Positions 1 to 12,257 of a DNA stretch of 64,000 nt are shown here, in pieces. The stretch covers positions 239,010,001 through 239,074,000 of the forward strand of contig OZ024743.1 of assembly GCA_964016885.1 (NCBI GenBank), written 5' to 3'. Below the pieces are notes generated by a model. It was not told where the DNA came from. It searched no databases and saw only the letters and a list, made by a program, of their open reading frames with translations. This DNA is from Eledone cirrhosa (lineage: Eukaryota). How positions within the stretch are numbered: position 1 is the first letter of the stretch; each line of letters starts with the position of its first letter. The position numbers were made by a program, and so were the translations under genes.

Positions 1-281
1 GTACTCCTGAGGAGAAGGGTTGCACACTTTTTTCGGGGGTGTGTGCGACCTCCCAAGGCGCCTCCTCCCTATTGAGGATTTTGTTATTAAATTTATTTTT
101 GTTATATTTTATATATTATTTTATATCTTGTTATTGCCTCCTCCTTATTGAGGACGCCTTTTTATGTAAACTCCCCCCATTGTACTTGTCCCCCTCTTTG
201 ATGCCCTGGTGGCAAATAAAAAGAAAGTTATCTATCTGTATGTAATGTCCTGGTGGTAAATAAATAGAAAGTTATCTATCT
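1..281 (+). mobile_element. 3' UTR/3' end of Tx1-like LINE (same family as 10096-15912 and 36186-41800), terminal ~45 bp duplicated
   Basis: Matches the 3' UTRs of the two full copies (ggttgcacac..ttcg..gtgtgcgacc hairpin; gtaaactccc..tgtacttgtccc..ccctggtggcaaataaa), followed by tatctatc and (TATG)n. Confidence 0.9.
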
Positions 282-844
282 GTATGTATGTATGTATGTA
301 TGTATGTATGTATGTATGTATGTATGTATGTATGTATGTATGTATGTATGTATGTATGTATGTATGTATGCATGTATGTGTGTGTGTGTGTGTGAGTGTG
401 TGTGTGTGTGTATACATTCTGCTCGCTCCATTCAGCTAATCTTTTTGTAGAATAAATCAGCATTTTGTGCTAGATTAAGGTAAAATGTAGCCGTTGGAAA
501 TTAAAGATCTATAAGGCTTTCATATTCTAACCATGAATGATCATTTCTATGTTTGTTGATTTCGTCAGTAATATATATTTCGTAATGTTATGCTTGTTTG
601 AAAGAAATGTCTTAATTTTCAGTTAAGAATGAAAGAGAACAAGTGATGATAGAGTGATGATAGAGTATGTATGCATGGTCCCGTAACTCCTGGTAGATTC
701 GTACCGGTACCGCATTGACATACGGAATTTTAAGACTGGTGGAGCCCATCCCTCTCCAGGCCTGAGTACAGCAGATTTCTTCCAGAGAAAGATAGAGAGA
801 GGGGGGAAATGAGAAAGAAATATAGAGGAAGAATCGAAACTCAG

Positions 845-925
845 TACTAAACTGGCACTTTTTTTTATCGACCTCGAAAGGATGAAAGGTAAAGTTGACC
901 TCGATGGGATTTGAACTCAGAGATG
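845..925 (-). mobile_element. SINE family A fragment
   Basis: ttttatcgacctcgaaaggatgaaaggtaaagttgacctcgatgggatttgaactcag is the reverse complement of the family A body. Confidence 0.8.
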
Positions 926-1246
926 ATAGAGTGATGAGTGGTAAATTAATTCCAGATAAACATTTCAACGGTACTCACAGGTCTTTGTTTTAGCTTCATA
1001 TTATTGTTCAGAATCAGATTGATAGAGGAATAGCAAAACAAAGAAATATCAAGAAAACCAATACGGTAGTCATATCGTGTTTACATTTTGGCTGTAGGCA
1101 AGCATCAATTCAAGCATTGCTGAAAAATGTTTTTCCTATCTTCTTACGAGACCCTGCACAAAATTTAATTGACGAGGGTAGAGCAGAAGAGGAGATTGTG
1201 TTTTTGGTCATTCGTCTAACGTATTTCTTTTACGTGGAAAGCTTTG

Positions 1247-1343
<97 letters not shown>

Positions 1344-1992
1344 AATATATATATATATAACTGTGTGTGTGTGTATGATAAAAAATGACAAACACAGAGA
1401 TAAAACAACGCTTAGTGTTATTAAGTTGACGCTTTGAATGAAAGAGAGAAAAGAAATTGAACGTGCCGCATGTTTGTCGTTTATCGTCAGGACAAGAAAA
1501 TAATAGATGGATTAGAAAATAAAATAAAATAAAAGAGACCGTGGGGGGGGGGGGGGGGGGGGGCATCCGAGTGTGTGAGTGTGTTGTTTTTAATTTCTTG
1601 TGTGTATCATATATAATATATAAAGGCAAAGCCAGTATTCGTACAAAACAGACTAGATGACGAGAAAAAGTTTTTGCTAGAAATAGCAGTCAATTTAAAA
1701 TCGTCCTTCATCTGAACAGATATAGGAGCAGTTTATATTTTTATATAAAAAAATTAGTCATCTCAATGAATAATATATATATAAGTATGTATACGTACAT
1801 ACATATATGTATACAGACGTACAGTAGTATGTATATATATATATACATACATGCACGCATATATATATATGTACGTATGGATTCACCGAATATTTATTAT
1901 AATGCTAAGTGTCTTTGTAAACAAACATCCCGAATTAAGCCGTACAATGTCTAGCAACCATCGTTGCTCATTTGTTCAACACTGACAAAGGA

Positions 1993-2035
1993 ACGCTGTA
2001 CTAGTTTCAAGCTTATTAGCTATCGTCAGCAACGT
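1993..2035 (-). ncRNA. Minimal type I hammerhead ribozyme
   Basis: Minus strand: acgttg-CUGACGA-u agcu aaua agcu u-GAAA-cuag-UA/cagcgu. 6-bp stem I, 4-bp stem II, palindromic ACUAGU stem III. Confidence 0.85.
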
Positions 2036-2427
2036 ATACCTTCCTGCCAGATGATTGAACGTCTGAAAGTTTATACTTTCCTTATGCATAATAACGGCTG
2101 AGCAGCCAAATTTGCATATCGAGTGAGTTAATCGGCCGGGCACCGAAAACGATAAACGGAAAAAATGAAACGAAATTTCATTTCCCACTCTTAGTACGGC
2201 TGTTACTTAAATATAAGTATGTATACGTACATATATATATATATGTATACAGACGTACAGTAGTATGTATATATATATACATACATGCACACCTATATAT
2301 ATATGTACGTATGGATTGACAGAACATTTATTATAATGCTCGGTGTGTTTGTAAAAAAAACATCCCGAATTAAGCCGTACAGTGTTTAGCAACCGTCGTT
2401 GCTCATTTGTTCAACACTGACAAAGGA

Positions 2428-2470
2428 ACGCGGTACTAGTTTCAAGCTTATTAGCTATCGTCAGCAACGT
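2428..2470 (-). ncRNA. Minimal type I hammerhead ribozyme (tandem copy, one stem I mismatch)
   Basis: Same core as 1993-2035, 435 nt away on the same strand. Confidence 0.8.
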
Positions 2471-2878
2471 ATACAGAAACTAGTACAGAGTTCCTTTTTC
2501 AGTGTTGAACAAATGAGCAACGATGGTTGCTCGACACTGTACGGCTTAATTCGGGATGTTTGTTTACAAACACACCGAGCATTATAATAAATGTTCGGTG
2601 AATCCATACGTACATATATATAGGTGTGCATGTATATATATATATACATACTACTGTACGTCTGTATACATATATATATGTATGTACGTATACATACTTA
2701 TATTTAAGTAACAGCCGTACTAAGAGTGGGAAATGAAATTTCGTTTCATTTTTTCCGTTTATCGTTTTCGGTGCCCGGCCGATTAATTCACTCGATATGC
2801 AAATTTGGCTGCTCAGCCGTTAATATGCATAAGGAAAGTATATACTTTCAGACGTTCAATCATCTGGCAGGAAGGTGC

Positions 2879-2921
2879 ACGTTGCTGACGATAGCTAATA
2901 AGCTTGAAACTAGTACAGCGT
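2879..2921 (+). ncRNA. Minimal type I hammerhead ribozyme
   Basis: acgttg CTGACGA tagctaataagctt GAAA ctag TA cagcgt. Confidence 0.85.
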
Positions 2922-3423
2922 TCCTTTGTCAGTGTTGAACAAATGAGCAACGATGGTTGCTAGACATTATACGGCTTAATTCGAGATGTTTGTTTACAAA
3001 CAAACCGAGCATTATAATAAATGTTCGGTGAATCCATACGTACATATATATATGTGTGCATGTATGCATATATATATACATACTACTGTACGTCTGTGTA
3101 CATATATGTATGTACGTATACATACTTATATATATATTATTCATTGAGATGTAATATATATGACTGACTAATTTTTTTATATAAAAATATAAACTACTCC
3201 TATATCTGTTCAGATGAAGGACGATTTTAAATTGACTGCTATTTCTAGCAAAAACTTTTTCTCGTCAACTAGTCTGTCTTGTACGAATACTGGCTTTGCC
3301 TTTATATATTATATATGACACACACAAGAAATTAAAAACAACACGCTCACACACTCGGGGGCGACCCCCCCCCCCCTCGCGGTCTTTCGTAATGTATAGG
3401 ACTGACTAATTTATATATATAGG

Positions 3424-3620
3424 AAAATGTTAGACCCCGACGGCAGAGCTCAAGCCGTTTCGGCGGCTATTTCTGGACTCAGTCCAGAAATAGCCATCGA
3501 AACGGCTTGAGCTCTGCCGTCGGGGTCTAACATTTTACTATCACCCACTCTACTACGCTATATATTGAGTACTCTGGTGCGTTATGGTCCATCTGGTTCC
3601 TTACCACACCTCCTTCGTTA
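3424..3620. mobile_element. Short PLE-like pLTR family (AGTCCAG family): hairpin 3424-3536 with HHR 3' half, then 3' tail to (TA)n
   Basis: Inverted repeat centred on ctggactcagtccag; contains GAAA-cggc..gccg-TC-ggggtc. Related copies at ~6845-6965, 31048-31108, 32372-32431, 44725-44833 and 50605-50782. Confidence 0.7.
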
Positions 3621-3742
3621 TATACATATATATATATATTCCCTTTTGAATTCCCTTTTCTATCAACCAATGACCTACACCCATCCCACTCCCCACCCTC
3701 TCCTACCACTTGTATAAATACCATACTTATTTTTTGATACCC

Positions 3743-3793
3743 AGATTCCTGATGATTTCTAAAGAATGAAACAGTTCTAGACCTGTAGAATCT
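3743..3793 (+). ncRNA. Type I hammerhead ribozyme
   Basis: agattc CTGATGA tttctaaagaat GAAA cag-ttctagac-ctg TA gaatct. Perfect 6-bp stem I, 4-bp stem III, weak stem II. TATAAATA upstream (~3713); ATTAAA and (TA)n downstream. Confidence 0.8.
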
Positions 3794-3805
3794 CATCTAT
3801 ATTAA

Positions 3806-3881
<76 letters not shown>

Positions 3882-3889
3882 TATACATG

Positions 3890-3919
<30 letters not shown>

Positions 3920-3920
<1 letters not shown>

Positions 3921-4349
3921 TTCGTTTCTGAATTTGTTTAACAAGATTCTTTATATGAAAACGTGTGTTGAAACCGATATTGTTATACTTTGGAATGGTC
4001 ATGTTGCCAATAAGAAACACACGCACCATTAGTTTTCACTCCAATTTATTATAAATTAAATTATAAATTTAAAAATGTATAAATTTCCGGTTGGTGGGAT
4101 GGTTCCACAACCGGACGGTTGTTCATATATTGTCAAAGTTGCTTCGTCACACATTCTGTGACCTCTTCAGTGGCTGGTGATTCTTTTCTTTGACAATATA
4201 TGAACAACCATCCGGTTGTGGAACCAACCAACCAACCGGAAATTTATAAATTTTTAAATTTACAATATAATTTATAATAAATTGGAGTGAAAGCAACTGG
4301 TGCCTGTATTTCTTATTGGCAACATGACCCTCCCAAAGTATAACAATAT
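3920..4349. mobile_element. Fold-back of a PLE pLTR family, inserted in (TA)n
   Basis: ~160 bp arms at 3978-4138 and 4188-4349. The spacer holds a minus-strand HHR core. Homologous to 9040-9292, ~43795-43825 and 55937-55990. Confidence 0.8.
4132..4174 (-). ncRNA. Degenerate hammerhead ribozyme
   Basis: Minus strand: gcca CUGAAGA g gucaca gaaug ugugac GAAG caac UU ugac. GAAA is mutated to GAAG. Confidence 0.6.
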
Positions 4350-4369
4350 ATATATATATATATATATTT

Positions 4370-4439
<70 letters not shown>

Positions 4440-6530
4440 AATTTCAGCAGAAAATGCACACAGTTATATAGGAGAAACAGACAGCTACATCTGTATCTCA
4501 TCAGCCAACTTACTGGTGTACCATTTCGCGCATTAAGGTGGTATTGTACTTGTGATACTAGTTTACAGAAACACTCCGTTGGGAGACTATAAAAAAAATA
4601 TAGTACAGGAAAATTTACTGCTGTCTTTCGACTAAAATAGTTAAATATTAAAACAAAATTACGAATAGAAATAAATAAACAGTGGTCTTAGCATGTAGAA
4701 AGTGTAACATATTAACGCTGGAATGGAATGAAAAGTTGAAGACTTTTACTTTTGTTAGGTGAATGTGATTTGTTTACGGAATCGAAGAAAAGTGGTCTGG
4801 TACTTAGTAAGGCAGACAAACAAAAGACCGAAGCATAGGTCAAACACCAGAGAGGAATTAGACACGCGGGCGATAGTGATAGAATGAAGGAGAGAGTGAT
4901 AGAGAGAGTGAAAAGGGTGAGGGGAGAAAGGAGGACGGAGAGAGGGGGGAGAGAGAACAGAGAGAGGGGGGAGGGAGAACAGAGAGAAAACGAAGGAGAA
5001 ACAGAGGGGAGAGTTTGAGTGACGCATGTAAAAAAGTAGTTTATCACAAAGCAGCGGATGTTACCGTTAATATGTATAAATACAATACCAGTAGAAAACG
5101 CACGTTGTTACATAAACAGAACAAGCAGCTGCATGTTTACCTTGTTGTTGCTGGTGTGCAATTTCGCGCATTATGTTGGTTTTGAGCGTGCGATGTCAGT
5201 TGGCGCTAAAGTTTGGAGACCATGACTGAGTAAAACATCTGTAAATCGCGAGTCCCTTGTAAGCCAGCAAATACTGTATATAACGAATGTATTATTTACA
5301 AGGACAGAATATTCAACACATATCTAGCCAACAGGAGATTCAGAGATATACAAAATGGTTGGATAAAATCCATAAGCCCGGTTGTTCATGCTTGCGGATC
5401 CAACTGAATCATTTGGAAATGGATTTTTCCGATAGGGCCCTCTGGGAGGCCGGTCAGAGGTAACTGCCTCCACGACCCTCTTAGTAATAAGCAGGCGAAG
5501 GCTCCAACCGTATCTAACGGTGGCTCCCTGTTTTAGGGGAACCCGCACTACTTACAAGATTTAACGCTAATGGTAGAGACATAAGAGCTGTGGACATAAT
5601 CTTGGTATTTATTTTAGCTCTCTCCGTTCTCAGTTCAAGTTCTACCGAGGTCTGTTTAATTTCAGCGGGATACCTTGCATAATTATTTGTATTCTTTACT
5701 TTTTATTTTTTTATTAGTGATAAACTTAATCCGTCACCTTGGCTACGAGCATCATTACCTGGTGGTCCTAGTATAGCTTTGGCACATTTTACTGTGTTAA
5801 AAAACATTTGGCTTAGATCTTCAGTTTAGTGTTGACTCTTTATTTTTCCTACAGTCTTCTCAGACGTCGTGGAAAAATATATAGTCATGGATCCGTACTG
5901 CAGCGTGCTACACTCTCTACTGCTGGAAACAAGGAGTCTGGGTGCTAGCTACATTTTCTGAAAAAACTGATAAACCAAACTGATCGATGGTGGCCACTTT
6001 CTGAATTAATTGACTAAAAACTTAATCTTCCCACATCAGTAAGCTACTGCGCTTACGGCTGGTGAACCTACACACAAACACACACGCGCGTGCACGCACA
6101 CACATTTATATATATATATACATAATTAGGTTTTATCTATACAAAATATATATTGATTATATATATATATATATAGTCATTTCTACTAATAGCGATTTAA
6201 TACAAGAAACGCTCTAATAAACATATATAATAGGAAAATATCAATGAAATGAGGTGTTTTTTCTTTTGTTTCTTAAATATATTTTTCTTCATTAAAGTGT
6301 TATTGCTTCAAAAACATGACACATTCTAAGAGAAAAAATGTTTTCTGTGAACAAAGAGAAACGCCCAATATTTGTCATTTCATGTAAATAACGATGTTTC
6401 ACTTTCTCTCTCTTTCTACACACACATGTATATATATACATACACACATACATACACATATACCTATGTATATATAAATATATATATATATCCGCATACA
6501 CACACGCACATACACACATGCAGATACACA

Positions 6531-6582
<52 letters not shown>

Positions 6583-6706
6583 CATATATATATATATTTT
6601 TTTTCTTTTGTCGATCGACTTTCGTCAAATCGGACCGAGGAAACAATGTTTCCGTTGGTCTTTCCAATTGCGAATACTATCTATCGGTCGCAACTCCAGG
6701 TAGAAG

Positions 6707-6822
6707 GAGCAACGTGAAATAAAGTGTCCTGCTCAAGGACATAACGCATAGCCTAGTCCAGGAATCGAACTGACAACCTCACGATTGCGAATCCAATTCT
6801 CTAACCAATCAGCCACACGCCT
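6707..6822 (-). mobile_element. tRNA-like SINE family B fragment
   Basis: Reverse complement carries an A box (gtggctgattggttag), a B box (gttcgattcc) and the conserved gtccttgagcag..actttatttcacgttgctc domain. Confidence 0.8.
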
Positions 6823-7793
6823 TCATTATATATAACAAAGAAAGTGGGGTAAGAAACCAGGTGGACCATAACGCACCAGAGTACTCGATACTTAGTGTAG
6901 TAGAGTGGGTAATAGGAAAAGAGTCAGGACCACGACGGCTGAGCTCCGCCCGATTTGACAGCTACATCTGACTTATATCTGGATGAAACTATCGTAGGCT
7001 ATTAAATGTTTTAAACACCATTTGATCGTAATTTATCTTGTATATGTATATATTTATATATATAAATATATGTGTGTGTGTGTATGTGTGCGTGTGTGTG
7101 TGTCTGCTTATGTGTGTGTGTGGGTGTGTGCGTATGTGTGTGTGTCTTCGTGTGTGTGTGCGTGCGTGCGTGTGTGTAAGTCCACACAGATAAGTGTACA
7201 ATTAATGGCTCGGAATACCTGTATATAGGTGTGAGCACGTGTGCGTGTGGGTGTATATATATGGGGAGGCAGGCAAGCAAGGGTATGGCATGGGAATTCA
7301 TAACAACTATCATGGCATGGGAATTCATAACAACTATCCTACACACAGCAGTAATCTATGGCGACGGAATTGGGGTGAGTGACAGCTCACGCCTGAATGG
7401 AAATGGCCAGCGGGTAGATTTCAAAGGTTAAGCACTTGATGACGTCATGAACTATCAACCAATCTAAGTGCCGCACAAACAGGAGGATGGCAGATGATAA
7501 AAATTCGAAGGGTCGGAGTCCAGCAGAAAGAGAATTTGCCTTGAAATCACTAGACGTATCTGAGGAACTTGCGATTCCAGAGTCAGGTTCGATCCACAAA
7601 TAGAATACAACCTCGAGCTGTTTGCCGGAGAAACTATTGTAATACGTAATAAATTGTGTTCCGATGCATCACTGATTCTTCGTTTTCCATATTATCATAC
7701 TCTGCTCCCAAGGAGCATAGAGTGCTCAACCGGCATACCGCCTATCGACGCATCCTAACAACCATACTACGCATATATTTATATATAATATAT

Positions 7794-7920
<127 letters not shown>

Positions 7921-8599
7921 AGTGTGTGTGCGTCTGTGTATATATATATATATATGTATATGTGTATGTGTTAGGGGTGTAGTAAAAATCCTGTGGATGT
8001 TGGAAAGATACAAGGAAAAGAGTGCTCAAACTGGTATTATAGCTGATATATTATATTAATTGATTTGTTTCATACACGGAACAAAAACTGCTACCTAAAG
8101 TTTCATGATCAAATTATAACCATCTCCCCAGATTTTAGACGGTGGTGCAAAGTGGAAGAACGATCATATTTGTGACCTTGTCGTCAGGCGAGTTTGAAGA
8201 TACCGTTAACGATATAGCGTGTTAAACGCTTCTTTATGAAAAAAGAGTATATATATATATATAATGAATTGAGGAGAACAAAGGGAAATAACTTAAGATA
8301 TAAAATTGAAATGGCTTTGCTAGTGTTCGTGTGTTTGTGTATACACAATGTAGAAAATGTATGGTATTATGTTGTGGTATGTAATATAGAGATGCTTATA
8401 ATTACTTAAGTTTTGGACTGAAGTAGTATAGAAGGTGTACCGTATTATGTAAGTGTGGAAAATATGTAAATAAATATAAACATATCAACGCATAATAGCC
8501 ATACATCTGCTATATTGAGTACACATAAATACTAACATAGCTCTTTCAATTTGACATATTATTTCCTTTTGTTATACTACGTTAATAGCTCGGACCAGC

Positions 8600-8830
8600 A
8601 GGTCTCGATCGAGAGGACGGCATGGGGCTGGACTGGATGTCGGCCCCTCATATGGGATGCTACATGCTGTGACACCTACTCAAGTCGCAATCCGGTGCGT
8701 TCGGCTACCAGCCCCCAGGCTTTGCTGTCCGCCAAGCCAAAGAGGTCAAACTGTCCAAGTTTCGATCGCTCTCGGGCAGGTTTGTGGTAAAGCCTGTAGC
8801 AGTGTAGACCACTGGCGCTCTTGGCTCCCT
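8600..8830 (+). pseudogene. CRE-like RLE endonuclease remnant
   Basis: Translation RPLIWDATCCDTYSSRNPVRSATSP resembles KTLVWDATCTKPFCSCNLVQSATDPG of the element at 22.7-25.7 kb. Confidence 0.7.
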
Positions 8831-8889
8831 GACCCCATCCCTACCCACTTCTATCAGAGCGGAATTTCCCACCCGCAAGTCCGAGCCCC

Positions 8890-9292
8890 ACTAAACATGA
8901 CAAAAATATTTAAGATGATGAAAGGTCTTAAAGAAGTGAATGGAAATCTCAGAAGGGACACCATTATACTGTTTATAGGAAAATATTTGTAGGACAAACA
9001 AGATGGTGTAGGCCAGAACAAAGGAGGGACACAAAATAAAAACCTCGTCATTGAGGAGGTCACAAAACGTGTGACGAAAGAGCTTTGACAATATATAAAC
9101 GACCATCCAATTATCGAACCAACCAGCCAACCAGCCAACAATAAATTTATAATAAATTGAAGTGAAACCAACAGATGCGTATGTTTTTTATTGGCAACGT
9201 GACACCCCCACCCCACCCAAAGTATAACAATATTTGTTTCAACACACGTTTTCAGATGAGAAATCTTGCAAAACAAATTCAAAAACGAAGTA
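8890..9292 (+). mobile_element. PLE 3' fragment with pLTR
   Basis: Possible GIY-YIG tail (LRRDTIILFIGKYL, weak), HHR motif at 9047-9089, pLTR homologous to 3920-4349, ends before (TA)n. Confidence 0.6.
9047..9089 (+). ncRNA. Hammerhead ribozyme motif (C3U variant)
   Basis: gtca TTGAGGA g gtcaca aaacg tgtgac GAAA gagc TT tgac. Stem I gtca/tgac, 6-bp stem II. Confidence 0.65.
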
Positions 9293-9324
9293 TATATATA
9301 CATATATATGTGTGTGTGTGTGTG

Positions 9325-9845
<521 letters not shown>

Positions 9846-10003
9846 CTTTAATTTCAACATTGTTTAAAGATGCTTGAATTTTCAATTTTCCTTGAATTCT
9901 TTCATCTTGTCACATCGGCCATCACTGTATCTCATTTTATATAAAGTCAATTACAATTAGTTCGCCTAAAACATATGCACTAAATTTCGAATACCTCATT
10001 TTG

Positions 10004-10095
<92 letters not shown>
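10004..10095. repeat. (CTAT)n microsatellite, 5' flank of Tx1-like LINE
   Basis: Direct reading. Confidence 0.95.
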
Positions 10096-10321
10096 GCTGT
10101 CGTCTGTTCTACAGCGTAGATGTAATTCACTTCGCGCAGAAGTTTTGTTCCAATTTATTGCGGAAATTTTGTAAGTTCAATTTTAATTTTGATACTATTG
10201 TGTAGCTTGACCCCCCGTCTGAACTGTCAGGCGGTGGGTTAGCTCATCTTCGACCCATCCTAGGGGTGAAAAACCTGTTTTTAAAAATTTTGTGGCATAA
10301 AATTTCAATCGTCTGACAGAA

Positions 10322-12250
10322 ATGTTAAACGAACCTAACGAAAATAGTGGGGGGGTGGCAGCGGTAAGAGTTGTAAGCTCGCACGCTTTTGTCCCCCCTT
10401 CCTTCCCAACTAACGTCATAGAGAAGGAAAGAAAAAATAAAATAAAAACAAACGAATGTGCGGAGAAAAATGACGAAAGCACAAATCTGGACATTGATTC
10501 CAACAACAACAAAAATTTGAAAAATTGCATGACAATATTAATACCACAAACAAAGACACAACAAACACAAAAATAACATTTGAAAACAACATCATAACAG
10601 AAAGCAAAGCAGACGACAAAGTCAACACCAATAATATTTCATTTGCACAAACAACAAAGAAATCTTTGACATATATACCTGAAAATATTTCAGATGTGGC
10701 ACAAAGAATTAAAAACGCCAAACAATACATAACTCAAGGGGAAAATGGTATTTTATCGGTAAAAATGCCTCAAGAACTCACCAAAGACATTGAAAGTCGG
10801 ACGGTTGTTTTCCGCACCATCAACAACATTTCTAAAAAACCTCAACAACCAACACAAACAGAAATCAAAGCAGTACTTACAGAAGTACTGAATGAAACCA
10901 CTTTCATAAGAAGAGACAGACTGTATGGAAGCCTAGCGATTATTATGAAGAACGAATCGGCGGCAAAAAAATATGCTTTGTCGCCGATTCGTTCGACAAA
11001 TTTTACTTTTTATCCATCTTATATGGGTAAAAGAACTCAGCGCATATGGCTGGATGCGATGATGCCAGATGTGGACTACTGCTGGCTCATAGCTGGCTTC
11101 ATCGATCCAGCGAATGACAACGTGATTTCCATTGGGAAAACCACAGGCAATGGGTTCAGTGGAACAGGTATAGAACTTGTAGTGCAAATGAAGCCTGAAC
11201 GAATTGCCCAAATACCCGACAGAATCCTATTAGAGGGCCACGGGTATATACACATTAGCGTGGAGGGGAGAAGGCCGTCCTGTCATATCTGTGCAGGCAG
11301 AGGGCACCTGACGGCGGCTTGTCCCCAACTCAACAAAAAGAAAACCCTGCTACCAACGCCAGCTCCACCATCACCACAACAGATAAACAAACAACAAAAC
11401 TCAGTCCCACCCAACCCGTCCCTCAGTAAAACTACACCACCACCACAACACAAACAGTCACAACACATTACCCAAAAACAAAACACAGTCCCACCCAACC
11501 CCTCACTCAATAAAACAACACAACCACCGCAGCCACAACACACAACACAGTCTAACATAGTGACATCCATCTCCCCCACAAAGAAAACCAACACAAACAT
11601 TACCAGCAAACATACCTCTTCCCTCCAACACTGAAGATAACCCAACGAATTCGGAGGAAGAAACGGAGTCCTTCAGACAGATTAAAAGGAAAAAAAGAAA
11701 ACATGTGCAAAACACACAAGGCCAAACAACCCCTACCCAAATGTCAACACAATCCAACAAAACACAAAACACCCCTCCAGCAACAAACAAAACCAAACCT
11801 GCCCCTCCCCTCTTCGAAACACTCACACCATCCGAAAAAAAGACATTACACTATACTTACATCAACAGAAACAATAATAAATTAAATGAACTCATAAACA
11901 ATAACCCTTCGGTACAAACCGAAGGTGTAAACTTTGTTTCTTCAGAAAACTACCCACATTTAAAATTAATAAAGATCCCAATGAACCTCTACCAAAAACT
12001 AAAAAAAGGATTTTAAGGAGGACGTAGGACCACCCTCTGTCAAACCCATAAACCGCGTCCTACTAAAAAGCTTTCCCCGTCCCCTTCCCCTCCCCAACAC
12101 AACTCCAAACACCCCAACCCCACCACACACTGACGAACCCACACCACCACAAGACACCCCTTCACCCAACACCCCCGACCCCATGGAAGTCGTGCGACCC
12201 GAAACACGGGAAGCAGAAAGGCAGGTCTCTACACTCTCCTTTGGCTTTGC
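10322..12250 (+). pseudogene. Tx1-like ORF1 (frameshifted; main ORF 10525-11634)
   Basis: SFAQTTK motif, CHICAGRGHLTAAC zinc knuckle, Pro/Thr/Gln-rich tail; collinear with 39859-41661. Confidence 0.85.
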
Positions 12251-12257
12251 CGCCCAC

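Larger units (their letters stand above)
1536..3385. repeat. ~1.85 kb fold-back (inverted repeat) built from tandem ~430 bp HHR-containing units (PLE pLTR/retrozyme-like)
   Basis: 1536-2470 is the near reverse complement of 2476-3385. The internal unit starts at 1781 and again at 2213. The same unit recurs at 56050-56985. Confidence 0.9.

Noticed and set aside
4465-4506. Minus-strand CTGATGA followed by a hairpin
   Set aside because: No GAAA box or stem III.
5330-5560. GC-richer island, considered as a LINE 5' UTR or HDV-like ribozyme
   Set aside because: Could not build the nested double pseudoknot; no adjacent ORF.
7270-7770. Coding-looking segment with a 27-bp tandem duplication
   Set aside because: No recognisable motif in any frame I translated.
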